Shown here piece after piece: positions 21,371 through 32,454 of a stretch of 64,000 bases of DNA; the first letter of the stretch is position 1, and the number at the start of each line of letters is the position of its first letter. The stretch is from the NCBI GenBank assembly GCA_963779615.1, contig CAVZZA010000003.1:896001-960000 (forward strand), read 5' to 3'. The stretch is from an uncultured Nitrososphaeraceae archaeon. Lineage in GTDB: Archaea > Thermoproteota > Nitrososphaeria > Nitrososphaerales > Nitrososphaeraceae. The notes under the pieces are model-generated. The model did no database searches and was not told the DNA's origin. It worked only from the letters and a program-made list of their open reading frames with translations. The position numbers and the translations under genes were made by a program.

Positions 21371-22075
21371 ATAAAGTTTATAGATACGGGAATAAAGTAT
21401 CTTCAGGACATAGAGATAAAGGGGTCTTTTGTAGTGATAGAGGGTCCCGATGCGTCAGGAAGAAGCACACAGATTGAAAAAATAACAACAAAACTTGAGG
21501 CTGATGGGCATGCAGTAATAAACGCAGGATTGCGGAGATCGGATCTTATCTCCAAAGGCATCCTTGAGGCAAAAAGAAATCACCTGGTTGGGAAAAGGGC
21601 AATGGCTCTTTATTACGCGGCAGATTTTGCAGACCAGCTGGAAAAAAAAATCATTCCGGCGCTAAAGGCAGGTTTCATTGTGATTTCTGACAGATACATA
21701 TACACACTGATAGCAAGAAGCTCTGTCAGGGGAATAGACAAAAACTGGCTGCACAGCTTATTTAGTTTTGCCATCAAACCGGATTTGGTTTTCCACTTGG
21801 ATGTAGATCCGCATAACTTGATACACAGGGTGTTTCAGAAAAACTACTCCCTGGACTATTATGAGTCGGGGGTTGATCTTGGGATTTCCAGCGACATTTT
21901 TGACTCATTCATAAAATACCAGTATGCACTGAAAAGGGAGTTTGAAAGGATGAGGGCAAGGTATAACCTGATTAACATAGACGGCAATGAAAGCATTGAG
22001 AAGGTGTACCAGCAAATCCAATCACAAATAGACGAATTTTTAATATCGGAAAACAAGGAATCGGTAATAAGGTGA
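21371..22075 (+). CDS. Thymidylate kinase family protein (copy 2); true start unresolved
   Basis: IEGPDASGRSTQ variant P-loop, SDRY, KPDL; frame is open upstream of GTG 21434 (IKFIDTGIKYLQDIEIKGSFVV) with no canonical start codon. Confidence 0.8.
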   Translation: MKFIDTGIKYLQDIEIKGSFVVIEGPDASGRSTQIEKITTKLEADGHAVINAGLRRSDLISKGILEAKRNHLVGKRAMALYYAADFADQLEKKIIPALKAGFIVISDRYIYTLIARSSVRGIDKNWLHSLFSFAIKPDLVFHLDVDPHNLIHRVFQKNYSLDYYESGVDLGISSDIFDSFIKYQYALKREFERMRARYNLINIDGNESIEKVYQQIQSQIDEFLISENKESVIR

Positions 22076-22110
22076 AATTACAATGTTTATCCAAATTTAA
22101 ATAGGAGGAA

Positions 22111-22449
22111 ATGGATAGATTTAAAAATATACGATTTATAATGCAGTCGTCAAAGATATTGCCGGTAGTTAGGATAAATAAAAGATCAGTACATGGACCG
22201 CTATTGTTATTAATAATTGCTAGCATCATCTACATAACGTTTATAAATATTTTGCTCAATCCAGCATATGCCAAAGAGATTAAATTATATGACGAGATTG
22301 ACAAATGCCAATCATCAAACACCAACAATGATGATACAAAGCCTTACACACAAAATTCAGGAAATTGTGACAGAATAATAATAAACAGTGAAAAATGCGA
22401 TTCTTTTACTTCTATGATATTATCGTTTGGAAGTATAAAATGTTCTTAA
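22111..22449 (+). CDS. Hypothetical membrane/secreted Cys-containing protein
   Basis: Hydrophobic segment then AYA motif; four Cys. Confidence 0.5.
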   Translation: MDRFKNIRFIMQSSKILPVVRINKRSVHGPLLLLIIASIIYITFINILLNPAYAKEIKLYDEIDKCQSSNTNNDDTKPYTQNSGNCDRIIINSEKCDSFTSMILSFGSIKCS

Positions 22450-22484
22450 GTATCATACAACACTGTTGTTGGTAGAGAAAACAC

Positions 22485-23219
22485 GTGACCTCCATTCCAG
22501 AATGGAAAAGATGGATATTATATAATTTAATTGGTGAAGGAATCCACACCGTATTGTTTGAAGACCAAATTAAAAAACTATCAGGAAGACACTATGAAAA
22601 CAATCTTACAGTTGCGTTAAATGTTTTAGTGGATATTGGAATATTATTAAAACTAGAAACCAACAAAAGGAAAAAATTCATTGTTAACTATGAAAGATTA
22701 AATGATGCTCAAAAAATATTGAACGATAATAGAAACTGGATACACGGCAAAGAAAATGAAAAAGATAATAAAAACATCAATCAATATTTTTCAGAACCAG
22801 AGGGATATAATTTCTGGTTTAACATAGAAGAACCTCCACGCAAGAAAAAAAGCATATACAATTTATATTATAAGAAAACAGACAATTTGGATTTTTCAGC
22901 CCAAATAATAACTCAAAAATATTCACGAATATTACACATGGGATCTTTAAGACAAAATAATTCAAATATTTCAAAATTATGGAGAGCCTGTCAAGAATTG
23001 TCTATAATATCAAAAAATGGAGAATTCATTTTGCAAGATTTGCAAGATAAAGAAAGAAAAGCCTGCGGAAATAACAGGCAGCGAGGTAAGATATCTTTAG
23101 CAATATTCAAAAAATTAGAATACATACAAGAAAATGGCAAAAAAGGAAATTCAACATCATTCAGACTGACAGGAAAACAACCCCCTTTCACAACTCTAGA
23201 TGAGATAATTAATACATAG
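22485..23219 (+). CDS. Hypothetical protein with putative winged-helix segments
   Basis: 244-aa ORF; LNVLVDIGILLK and FKKLEYIQENGKKGNS wing-like segments. Confidence 0.7.
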   Translation: MTSIPEWKRWILYNLIGEGIHTVLFEDQIKKLSGRHYENNLTVALNVLVDIGILLKLETNKRKKFIVNYERLNDAQKILNDNRNWIHGKENEKDNKNINQYFSEPEGYNFWFNIEEPPRKKKSIYNLYYKKTDNLDFSAQIITQKYSRILHMGSLRQNNSNISKLWRACQELSIISKNGEFILQDLQDKERKACGNNRQRGKISLAIFKKLEYIQENGKKGNSTSFRLTGKQPPFTTLDEIINT

Positions 23220-23276
23220 TAAAAACAAACTAATCTAAACGCAAACCTCTTATTAAATTATTTAACATCATTTGGT

Positions 23277-23825
23277 ATGGAAATACTTGAAGATAAAATT
23301 TTAGCTAAAAGCATATTCCAAAAATACACAGTTAACCCAAAGAATTGGAATTTTGTAATTTCCACAACATCTATAAATGATGGGTTTTTTGATGCAACAG
23401 TAACAAATCCCGACGAAGCATGGCAGTTGAAAATCGATTCATTATACAAACCATTTCCGATAATTGCAGGAACAAAAGTAGATACGGAGTCAACAAAAAT
23501 GAAGAAAATAATTAACAAAGATATTGTTCCCTTTGGATATAGAAAAATAGATCCGCCAGTGTTAATGAACCTATTTAAAAAAATATCACAAGAACAAGAA
23601 GTGATTGCAACAAAAGATACAAATCACATAAATAATGAATTAAATTCTCTTTTAGGATCGCTTGAACCAACAGTCCCGATAAAAGGTATTGATTATTTAT
23701 ATGGACCATTTCTATTCACGGATAAAAACATCATAGACAAGAATCCCTACCAGAAAGATATATCTGAAAAACTAGCATTAAATATGAAGAAAAAAATTAA
23801 ACAAAGATATCCTAGCTATGGATAA
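23277..23825 (+). CDS. Conserved hypothetical protein
   Basis: 182-aa ORF overlapping the esterase start. Confidence 0.75.
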   Translation: MEILEDKILAKSIFQKYTVNPKNWNFVISTTSINDGFFDATVTNPDEAWQLKIDSLYKPFPIIAGTKVDTESTKMKKIINKDIVPFGYRKIDPPVLMNLFKKISQEQEVIATKDTNHINNELNSLLGSLEPTVPIKGIDYLYGPFLFTDKNIIDKNPYQKDISEKLALNMKKKIKQRYPSYG

Positions 23826-24823
23826 AAAATTAAAAGGGCAAATAAAAATCATCAAGTTTAAAAGCAAAGTTTTAGAAAACAACCCCCTAAAGGATCCTTA
23901 TGTAAGAGACCTATTAGTCTACCTTCCAGAGAAGTATTCCGGTCATTCAAGAGGCTACCCAACAATTTTTTTGCTACCTTCTTTTGGAAATAATAATTAT
24001 TCCACCGTTAACAATAATCCATTTTCTTTGACAATTTATCAAGTATTAGAAAATTTAATTCGTGAGAATAAATGCGGTGAGATGATAATTGTGAGTATTG
24101 ATTGTTTTAATAAGTTTGGAGGAAGTCAATACTTAAACTCAAAGGCAATTGGCAACTATAGAGACTATTTAATAAAAGAAATTGTGCCTTATATAAATTT
24201 AAAATATAATGTATCCAATAATGCGTTACTAGGAAAGTCATCAGGCGGATATGGAGCAGTTACAATTGGTATGCAATATCCAAAAATATTTAAATCAATA
24301 GCTGCACACTCGTTTGATTCAGCGTTTGAATATTGCTACTTACCGGACTTTCCGTTAGCATTTAAAATGCTTAAAAAAGAAGGTGGTCCAAAGAAATGGC
24401 TAACAAACTTTTGGAAGAAAGAGAACAAAAATGAAAAAAATGACTTTGTTACTTTAAATATACTTTCTATGGCAGCACATTACTCTCCAAAAGAATCTGA
24501 TGGAGGCAGAGTTGGAATTAATCTTCCATTTGATTTAAAGACAGGAGAACTAAATGAACAGATATGGAATAAATGGAAAACTCAAGATCCTATAAATATG
24601 GTTAAAAAATTTAAAAATAATTTGAAAAATATTAATTTATTATTTTTTGATTGTGGAATGAATGACGAATTTAATTTATTTATCGGAGCAAAAGTTTTTA
24701 GTGAAAGGTGCAAAAGTTTCGGAATAAGTCATGAATATTTGCAGTACCGATGGAGGGCATTTTAATACGAGTTTTAGGTATGCCATATCTTTATCAAAAA
24801 TATACAACTCCCTATCAAAATAG
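23818..24823 (+). CDS. Alpha/beta-hydrolase esterase (Fes-like); one extra base near 24748
   Basis: VYLP..Y, nucleophile GKSSGG, DCG..DEF; removing one C restores YDGGHFNTSFRY...SK* containing the catalytic His. Confidence 0.85.
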
Positions 24824-24907
24824 CATCTAATTATAAATAAATCGCCTGCACCAAATGCCAAACACATCAAATAAAAAAATTAAAAACTGCAAAGAAAACA
24901 ACTCCAC

Positions 24908-25825
24908 CTAATCAACAAAAGTCAACCAAGAGTTACTATTGTTATTTTTGCCTTTTACAATTTGCTCGTAATGACTTTGTATTTTTTTAGTGACTGGACC
25001 GATCTTTCCATCACCTATAACTCGATGATCAATTTTGCTTATAGGAACAATCTCAGAGGCCGTACCCGTTAAAAAGGCTTCCTCAAAAAAATACAACTCA
25101 TCTCTTGAAATATTTTCTACCCTAAGTGGAATACTATTTTGCTTTGTTATTTCAATAACAGTATCACGAGTTATTCCCTCCAAAGCACCGGTAGAAATTG
25201 GTGGTGTATACAATACACCACCCTTCACAAAAAAAATATTTTCAGCAGTAGCCTCTACCACAAATCCATTTGAATTTATCATTATTGCTTCATCAAAACC
25301 CGATTTTAAGGCCTCCATTCTGGCTAAAGCAGAATTAGCATAATTTGAAACACCCTTTGCATGTGTTGGCATAGATCTAACATCGAGTTTCATCCATGAG
25401 GAAACCATAGCATTAATGCCCTGTTCTCTATCTTCTTTTTTGATATGTTCAGTCCAATTCCAAACAGCTATAGCAACAGAGACTTTATTAGGCAACGGGT
25501 TGACACCCAATTTGCCATAACCATAAAATGCGATTATCCTAATATAACACTCACTCAAATCATTGGCCCTAACAGTATCAATGGAAAATTGTTTTATATC
25601 ATCCCGTGTATATCCAAAATGCATAAAATAAGCTTTGCCACTATCAAATAACCTTCTTATGTGATCATCCAATCTAAAAATTGCAGGTCCATTATCGGTA
25701 TTATAGGATCTAATTCCCTCAAAAATACCAGTCCCATAATGTAGTCCATGAGTTAAAACATGTATTTTAGCTTCGTTATAATCCACTAACTGTCCATCAA
25801 ACCATATCTTTTTACTTTCCAACAT
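24908..25825 (-). CDS. ilvE: Branched-chain amino acid aminotransferase
   Basis: LHYGTGIFEGIRSY, AK..SNY, LEGITR and FLTGTASEI motifs. Confidence 0.95.
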   Translation of the reverse strand: MLESKKIWFDGQLVDYNEAKIHVLTHGLHYGTGIFEGIRSYNTDNGPAIFRLDDHIRRLFDSGKAYFMHFGYTRDDIKQFSIDTVRANDLSECYIRIIAFYGYGKLGVNPLPNKVSVAIAVWNWTEHIKKEDREQGINAMVSSWMKLDVRSMPTHAKGVSNYANSALARMEALKSGFDEAIMINSNGFVVEATAENIFFVKGGVLYTPPISTGALEGITRDTVIEITKQNSIPLRVENISRDELYFFEEAFLTGTASEIVPISKIDHRVIGDGKIGPVTKKIQSHYEQIVKGKNNNSNSWLTFVD

Positions 25826-25848
25826 TAGTTTCCATTAAATAAATACAA

Positions 25849-27264
25849 TTAGTTTATAATTGTACCTTTTGAATGTATCGATTTAATGACCTCTTCGACA
25901 CTGTTATCTTCAACAACTATAAGAATTCGTGAGGTTTCTTCTTGAGCATCTATATTTAATATATTAATATCTTTTTGGCTCACTATACTACTTGTTTCTG
26001 ATACAATCTTTGGAACTTTCCACATGGAATCACCTATAAGAGTAACAACTCCTCTGGAATACACCATTTCTACTTTTGAATAAAAAGAACGAAAAACTTT
26101 TTCATGTCGTTTGACATAATCTGCATCTAAAAACAAAAATCTGGTCATCTCATGGTTATCCTGTTTGAAAGGGGACAATTTTATAAAATCATGGTACTGT
26201 CTTTGTTTTTCCAGCAGCGCCACAAGATGCGAAGCTGCGATAGACTCCATTCTGACTATAACACAGTTTTTTTTCCCAGTGACTATTTTAATTTTTGACT
26301 CATGTTCTGACTCTTCAGCGGATATTTTTTTTTTAATTTTTGTAAAACGACTAGGATCAGAAATATTTGTTATTTTGATTGGTATGTTCAGATTATTATC
26401 ATCTATATCTTTTATAGCCACAGGGTCCAATATCTTCATCCCAAACATTCCAGCTAGTTTAGCCTCATTGTAAGAAAGTGATTCCACATAATGTAGATTA
26501 TCTGAAATTATTTTTGGATCTGCACTCAACACTGCATTATCTTTTTCAAAGTCAATAAGAACATCATAATTCGAAGAAAGCAAAATGCCTAAATCTGCAG
26601 CTGTCCTATCGGAACCACCCCTTTCATATGTTGTTTCCAAGCCATCGATTGTTTTTCCAATAAATCCACCGATACACACAACATCATTAAATTTTAATAT
26701 ATTAACCAAAGAAGCCAAATGTTTTTTAGAATCAGCTAAAAGGAAATTGGCTGCTTCAAAATTGTCATCGGTAACTATAGGCCAATCATTTATGTCAACA
26801 TATTCTGAATCAATGCCATTATTTTTTAGGATATAGTTCATTAAACAGGATATAGCAATTTCACCACTGTAAGCAAGTATCCGTGACCTACTCACATCTA
26901 CAAACCGCCTATTTTCGGCGACTTGCTTAAGTGAAACTATAACGATTTTATTGAATTTTTCTAAATCAGCTTCAAACTCTTTTCTACATCCATTTGACAG
27001 ATATTTGTAAGATATTTTCAAGTAAACATTTTTTAATACATCGATATCCACAGGAGTGAATGAAGCATAATTTTTAGATATCCTAATAGCAACATCAGTC
27101 ATTGATAGATTCTTTCCCTCATAATGAGTAAGTGGAGCAGAGAATACAGAGATAATCTTGGCGTTCTTTTTTAATTCTTTAATCCTGTCTACAATCACAG
27201 GGATTTTAACACCATCTACACCTAACGCAGACCCACCAAATTTTACTATTATCAAAGGTTCCAA
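25849..27264 (-). CDS. lysC: Aspartate kinase
   Basis: VKFGGS, GGFIG, RGGSDRTA, SADPK, LSYNEA; C-terminal ACT-like region. Confidence 0.85.
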   Translation of the reverse strand: MEPLIIVKFGGSALGVDGVKIPVIVDRIKELKKNAKIISVFSAPLTHYEGKNLSMTDVAIRISKNYASFTPVDIDVLKNVYLKISYKYLSNGCRKEFEADLEKFNKIVIVSLKQVAENRRFVDVSRSRILAYSGEIAISCLMNYILKNNGIDSEYVDINDWPIVTDDNFEAANFLLADSKKHLASLVNILKFNDVVCIGGFIGKTIDGLETTYERGGSDRTAADLGILLSSNYDVLIDFEKDNAVLSADPKIISDNLHYVESLSYNEAKLAGMFGMKILDPVAIKDIDDNNLNIPIKITNISDPSRFTKIKKKISAEESEHESKIKIVTGKKNCVIVRMESIAASHLVALLEKQRQYHDFIKLSPFKQDNHEMTRFLFLDADYVKRHEKVFRSFYSKVEMVYSRGVVTLIGDSMWKVPKIVSETSSIVSQKDINILNIDAQEETSRILIVVEDNSVEEVIKSIHSKGTIIN

Positions 27265-27291
27265 TATAAAAATTATAAAGTCATCCAGTTA

Positions 27292-28374
27292 TTAATTATT
27301 CAAAATTTTATAGATAATTTTGGCAGCTTTTGATACACCATTGTCAACTTTTTCTACTTTATTATGCTCAACACCACAAAGTTTCTCCTCTATTAATCCA
27401 TCCAGTTTAAAAATATCATCATATTTGAATCCTAATAATTTCGCTCTATATTCTTGTTCAAAATGATTTTTTATTGGAATAAATATACCAGGTGTACCAT
27501 AAACCATACTTTCATCAATTGTCGATTTCCCACCAAGTGAAATGACCAAATCAGACGCATTAACGAATTCATGTCCGTTACCCATGATTCCCAAATATCT
27601 GCACTTTCCAGATTTTGGTAATTCGGTATACCGTGTGGACAAAATAACAAGCTCGTATTCAGAATTATTCTTTATCCGCGAGAAAGACTCGATTGTTTTT
27701 TTTAATAGATACAAACCGGCATTTGTTCCTCCAGTAGAAACTAAAATAGTTGTCCTATCGAATGATAGTTTTTTTCGCAACTCCTCCCTTGTACTATATA
27801 TTTCTCTGACAATCGGACCCACATAGAAAAAATTATCTTTATCTTCCCCGAATTCGGGCAGGATTACACAATCAGAAGATTTAATAAGATTGCACATAGA
27901 ATTGTTAAGAACCTTTTCAAATCGAGAAAATAAAAAAGATTTACCAAATTGAGTCTTCAGTATATCAGTAACAAAAACTCTTTTTATGCCAAGGTCTTTG
28001 GTAAACATTAATGAAGCAAAATCTTCGTCACTCACCATTAAATCTGGAAAAATATTTTGATGACCATCAAAATAAAAAAATTTCTTAAGGCTGTTTTTAC
28101 AATTATTATAATAATAAAGATACTTTAAAAGCCAGAAAAAACCATGAGATAGTTTTCCATCAATTACCGAAAAATTAGGAGGATCATACAAATTTGAGGT
28201 ATGCATCATACCATTGTAAATAGAATTATTCATTTTTGATACAAGGTCAAAGGCTGTTGAACCTGTAACAAAGGCAAAATCATTGTAACCATATAACTGC
28301 ATGATTTTATCCATAATTGCGATATCCCTGGTAATGTGACCCAAACCTATAGGACTTGAGAAAAATAATATCAT
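27292..28374 (-). CDS. GT-B glycosyltransferase (GT28/MurG-like)
   Basis: GLGHITR, VGPIVR, STGGT, GGKSTIDE and HFEQ motifs. Confidence 0.85.
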   Translation of the reverse strand: MILFFSSPIGLGHITRDIAIMDKIMQLYGYNDFAFVTGSTAFDLVSKMNNSIYNGMMHTSNLYDPPNFSVIDGKLSHGFFWLLKYLYYYNNCKNSLKKFFYFDGHQNIFPDLMVSDEDFASLMFTKDLGIKRVFVTDILKTQFGKSFLFSRFEKVLNNSMCNLIKSSDCVILPEFGEDKDNFFYVGPIVREIYSTREELRKKLSFDRTTILVSTGGTNAGLYLLKKTIESFSRIKNNSEYELVILSTRYTELPKSGKCRYLGIMGNGHEFVNASDLVISLGGKSTIDESMVYGTPGIFIPIKNHFEQEYRAKLLGFKYDDIFKLDGLIEEKLCGVEHNKVEKVDNGVSKAAKIIYKILNN

Positions 28375-28472
28375 GAACTAGTGCCCCATAAAGACATAAA
28401 AGGCAGAAATTAATTATATTTTACTAATTATTTCTAATTCATAGAATCAACGTAATAAAATAAATATAATAA

Positions 28473-28748
28473 ATGTATAACAAAATCATGGAATGTGCAG
28501 TTTATGATACATACGTTACAAAAAAAGACGGCAGAATAATGCATTTTGATGTTATTGTAGAGGCAAGTACTCCTCATGAAAAAGCAATTGAATATGGAAT
28601 AGAATTTTTACAGAAGGCCGACCAAGGAGGTCAAAAAATGACTCAGGAAGAATGTCAATTTTGCCACATCCAAGAAGCTCCACCAATGGTTGAAAAAAGC
28701 ATCACAGATAATGGATATTACATCCAAAAAATGGAAGGATGTCCATAA
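28473..28748 (+). CDS. DUF2024 family protein
   Basis: VYDTYV.KKDG..MHFDVIV, ECQFCH, C-terminal MEGCP. Confidence 0.85.
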   Translation: MYNKIMECAVYDTYVTKKDGRIMHFDVIVEASTPHEKAIEYGIEFLQKADQGGQKMTQEECQFCHIQEAPPMVEKSITDNGYYIQKMEGCP

Positions 28749-28932
28749 AACAATCAAAGGCAACTCCCAAGTCATAAAAGTTTATGTTTTTTTTATTAAT
28801 TCCAGAACCTGCAAGCATCTATAATTCGCTAAATCAATGATTTTAAATGGTATTAAAAAATAACAACAGGCAAATCTAATCAAAAGAAACCCTAAATAAA
28901 ATAAAAGTGATAGAGAATACTATAACCCAATG

Positions 28933-29166
28933 TCATTTAGTAAGTTCTAACAACGTTAATGTAGATTTTATTTCATCAAGACGCCTTAAGAGTATAATTT
29001 TTCGTTGCAAATCCTCCCTGTCATTTGCAGTAATTGTAACGATTATATCGTATACTCCATATACCCGATACACCTTATCTACATAGCTAAGATCTCTAAT
29101 TTCCTGCATTACCTTTGCTTCCGATCCTAAACTACAATTAACCAAAACAAAGGCATTATATTCCAT
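28933..29166 (-). CDS. Lrp/AsnC ligand-binding (RAM) domain protein
   Basis: AFVLVNC, VYGVYDIIV and STLTL motifs. Confidence 0.9.
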   Translation of the reverse strand: MEYNAFVLVNCSLGSEAKVMQEIRDLSYVDKVYRVYGVYDIIVTITANDREDLQRKIILLRRLDEIKSTLTLLELTK

Positions 29167-29237
29167 ATATCTTGCTTATCACATAATAAAATAAAACCTT
29201 TCTCTTTCAAAACAAATAAATAAAATAGAATAAAAAA

Positions 29238-29531
29238 TTATTTTCTTCTTGCTGTGATTGTGTGAGTATGGTCGACATACCACCTAATTCCATCTTTAAA
29301 TTTGCCCCACCAATCCATAAAATCATCACTACTTTCTGCCTCAAAAAGTAAAAATCCATTATATTCCGTGCCCCAGGCATGATTATATTCACCTATAAGT
29401 TCTATGCCCTGAGGTAAACTTTTCTTAATGTCTTTCCATTGTTCATTTGCTTTTTTTGTTTCTTCAGGACTCATTGTTTTAAATCTATAAAAAACTAAAA
29501 AAGTAGCAGCCACAGTATCTATTAAGAACAT
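29238..29531 (-). CDS. Small ferredoxin-like-fold hypothetical protein
   Basis: GEYNHAWGTEYNGFLLFEAES; start uncertain. Confidence 0.7.
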   Translation of the reverse strand: MFLIDTVAATFLVFYRFKTMSPEETKKANEQWKDIKKSLPQGIELIGEYNHAWGTEYNGFLLFEAESSDDFMDWWGKFKDGIRWYVDHTHTITARRK

Positions 29532-29923
29532 TACATTTTAAATATTACTATTCATTTTCCTAAATATATGGTTATTTATTGGCATAATTAAATAATACTT
29601 GTAAATATAATGAGTTTTTACATATTTTGATAGAAAAAAGAAAAAAAAGAAAATCTACCAAATATCGTTTTAACACATAGTGATGTATAACAGTAATGTT
29701 CTTTGAATATATTTCAAACTCACTGTCTGATCTATTATTTGCGGACAACAAAGGTAGCACAATTTAGCCTTAGAGCCCATTTAACCATTAATTGATTCTC
29801 TCAAAAACTTTTGATGTTATAGGTCAGATATTTGAAACCAAAAAGATAAATCAAAAGAATCCGCTAAAGATGATTTTAACTCAAAAAAAAAGTTTTGGCA
29901 TAGAACTAGAATATAAAAGAACT

Positions 29924-30866
29924 GAGCCCATCCCAAAAATTACCTTTCTGTAGATTATGATACTACATGACAGCTGAATCAAGCCATGATAGTTTCCTGT
30001 CTTCTTTTCGTATCTTGTAAACAGCTTCCTGAACCTGTTGTGCCATGAGTTTGCTCTCTCCACAACCCATCATCTTGCAGAGTGTCTTTTCCGTAGTTTT
30101 ATGTCTTTTTTCATTTTCTTCTCTCCCCTCTTATTCTTTTGTGCGGCATATAAGGCAGATATCCTCGTTTGATGATTTCATGTTTTACCTATATGGAACT
30201 GTATGTCCTATCAAAGCACAGATGCTGTAGACAACTTCCCCCCTTTCTCCTTTTTTCTATTTATGCAGAACACAAAACAGGTTGCCCGATAACTATATTA
30301 TCAATCATATCCGTTGCTGCCTTTGTGTCATTAGAGCTGGCTGATGCTATGACAGCTAAAAACGGATGCCTTTTTTGTCTGTCAAGATATGCCTTTTTGT
30401 GCCCAGATTGCCTTTGTCAGGGAGATTGCTTCCGGTCATCACCCCCCCAAGAGAGCCTTTATTGATATGCTGTCTAGGGATTGCCAGGGCCATTTGATTC
30501 TTTTATTGCCATCATATGCCTTGTCAACCCAATCCGCATCTTTTTGAAAACATCTAGTTCAACCCATTGCTGAAACCTTCTGTGACATGTGGAACCAGAG
30601 CCATATTCTCTGGACAGCATTTTCCACTGGCATCCAGTTCTTAGGATGTAGAATACACCATCAATTACTTTTTTAAATGGTACAATTGGAAGACCAAACA
30701 GTTTTAGGCGGTTTCTCTGGGCAAAACATTACTAATCTAATTCCATAGTTCATCAGCAATCTTTAGCAGTGCAATTATCCTTTCTTTTATGCTTCTTCTG
30801 GACACAGGTCACACTTTAGCAGTGACTACTACAAGCAATAATTCTATCGGTTTTTGGGATAGGCCA
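29924..30866 (-). mobile_element. Degenerate IS5-family element (IS427/IS1031-like) with disrupted transposase
   Basis: Ends GAGCCCATCCCAAAAA / TTTTTGGGATAGGCC; minus-strand fragments VIDGVFYILRTGCQWKML, GSGSTCHRRFQQW and RWVVERANSWHNRFRKL; stops and frameshifts. Confidence 0.88.
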
Positions 30867-31259
30867 TAAGGGAGTTGAATTTTTTTAAAAAAATAAGGAG
30901 TAAAAATCAAAGACACACATAGAATGTCAAAATCATTAACAGTATTTGTTCTGTTTAATGTAACTATCATTGACCAAATCAGGCAATTTTATTTGGCAAT
31001 TTATGATAACATGAAAGATCCGTTACAATCGACAATAAAAGATAGATCAATACCATTATTAGATAATGCCAAGTTAGCCCATTTTGAATAATGATCATTG
31101 TACAAAGAAAAAACAAATATTGCAAAAAACTAATAATCAGCCCATCATTAATATTTTAATCAAGTTCGCTAAAAAAAATTACAAATTATGAATAATTGTG
31201 TTCCCATCATAAAGAATTCTTTTAATATGCAATAGTTTAAAATCGACTAAAAATATAGA

Positions 31260-31402
31260 TTATAAATCAGACATACCAAATTTATGGTAACATGAATTGC
31301 ATTTGAATTTTTCTTTCCCGGGGCTACTAGATATTACATCCAATTGGCCCTTTGTCCTACAATTTGGGCATTTTCCATAGATCGTTTTTTTCGTATTCCT
31401 AT
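31260..31402 (-). pseudogene. Small zinc-ribbon protein with damaged start
   Basis: KKTIYGKCPNCRTKGQLDVISSSPGKEKFKCNSCYHKFGMSDL*; two CxxC; no in-frame ATG. Confidence 0.5.
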
Positions 31403-32430
31403 AATTTATTAAATATTATATAAGCTATACTATCAGAACAAACTTTTTTAGTTAAAACATTATTCTTTTTCTTTTAGAAACAAGAGTTACAATTTTCGGG
31501 CAAGGTTAATGCACATGTTCATCCAATTTTAAAATAAATGGTTTTTTGATTTTCATCGTATCACAACACCATATATTATTGATTGCCAGTTAAATTGGTT
31601 TGAAGGGAAGAAACTACATTTTTCAATTAAGTAAATGATTTAGATGAAACAACAGGTGACAAAACCAATAAAAGGAATAAATGCGTACGATAAATTAAAA
31701 TGAAAGGTTGTAAAGTACTTGGACTAATATTAAAAAGTACTTAATAGTGCTCTAAGGAAGTTTTTGCAAAACAAGATACATTATGTAGGTGAAGTTCATA
31801 ATAAAAATGGTTCAAACTCCAATTGTACATTCTTTGTTGGTTTTTAACTTACACTTTTGATCATGCCTCCAACTCCCATTATAAAATATTTGAAGATGAT
31901 TTATTCCATCGGTTTCTTTTTCAATTCGTCTAGTGCCATTTTCAGGATTAGTGGATCTGTTTCGTTTATCAAAAGGCTCTATAAATTTTCTCATAACTAT
32001 TTTGCTTCCATGTCTTATAAAAATTATTTGATCAAATTTGCATTTGAAACGGTTAAACCCTAACTCAACTATGCCTGTCAATTATTGATAAAATAATTCC
32101 ATGGCTCTTTTTCATCATTCAACAAATCTTGGATATAACTCAATCTTTTTAAATCATAAGCGAAAGTAATTTATTAGTGTTACTTTTATTAATATTATTT
32201 AGGCCCTTATTCAAACACATAGTACTTCTTTCACATAACACATAAGTATTACTTTGTTAAGCGTTTATGATAATGAACCATAAATTTGAATTATAAATTT
32301 CCTATATTAGCAACCTGTTCGATGATTAATTTGGAAACACATAAACCATTCGAAATTCAGTAAATTAATTATTATTTTGATAGGATGTTCCCATTTTTTG
32401 AATAGACATGACCGACAACAAAATCCTTGT

Positions 32431-32454
32431 TCACATTACTAGATAGTAATGTGA
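32431..32454. promoter_or_regulatory. Perfect 11-bp inverted repeat (operator or RNA hairpin)
   Basis: TCACATTACTA-GA-TAGTAATGTGA. Confidence 0.4.

Noticed and set aside
31812-32081. Overlapping 89-aa and 68-aa ORFs
   Set aside because: No recognisable motifs; probably decayed or spurious
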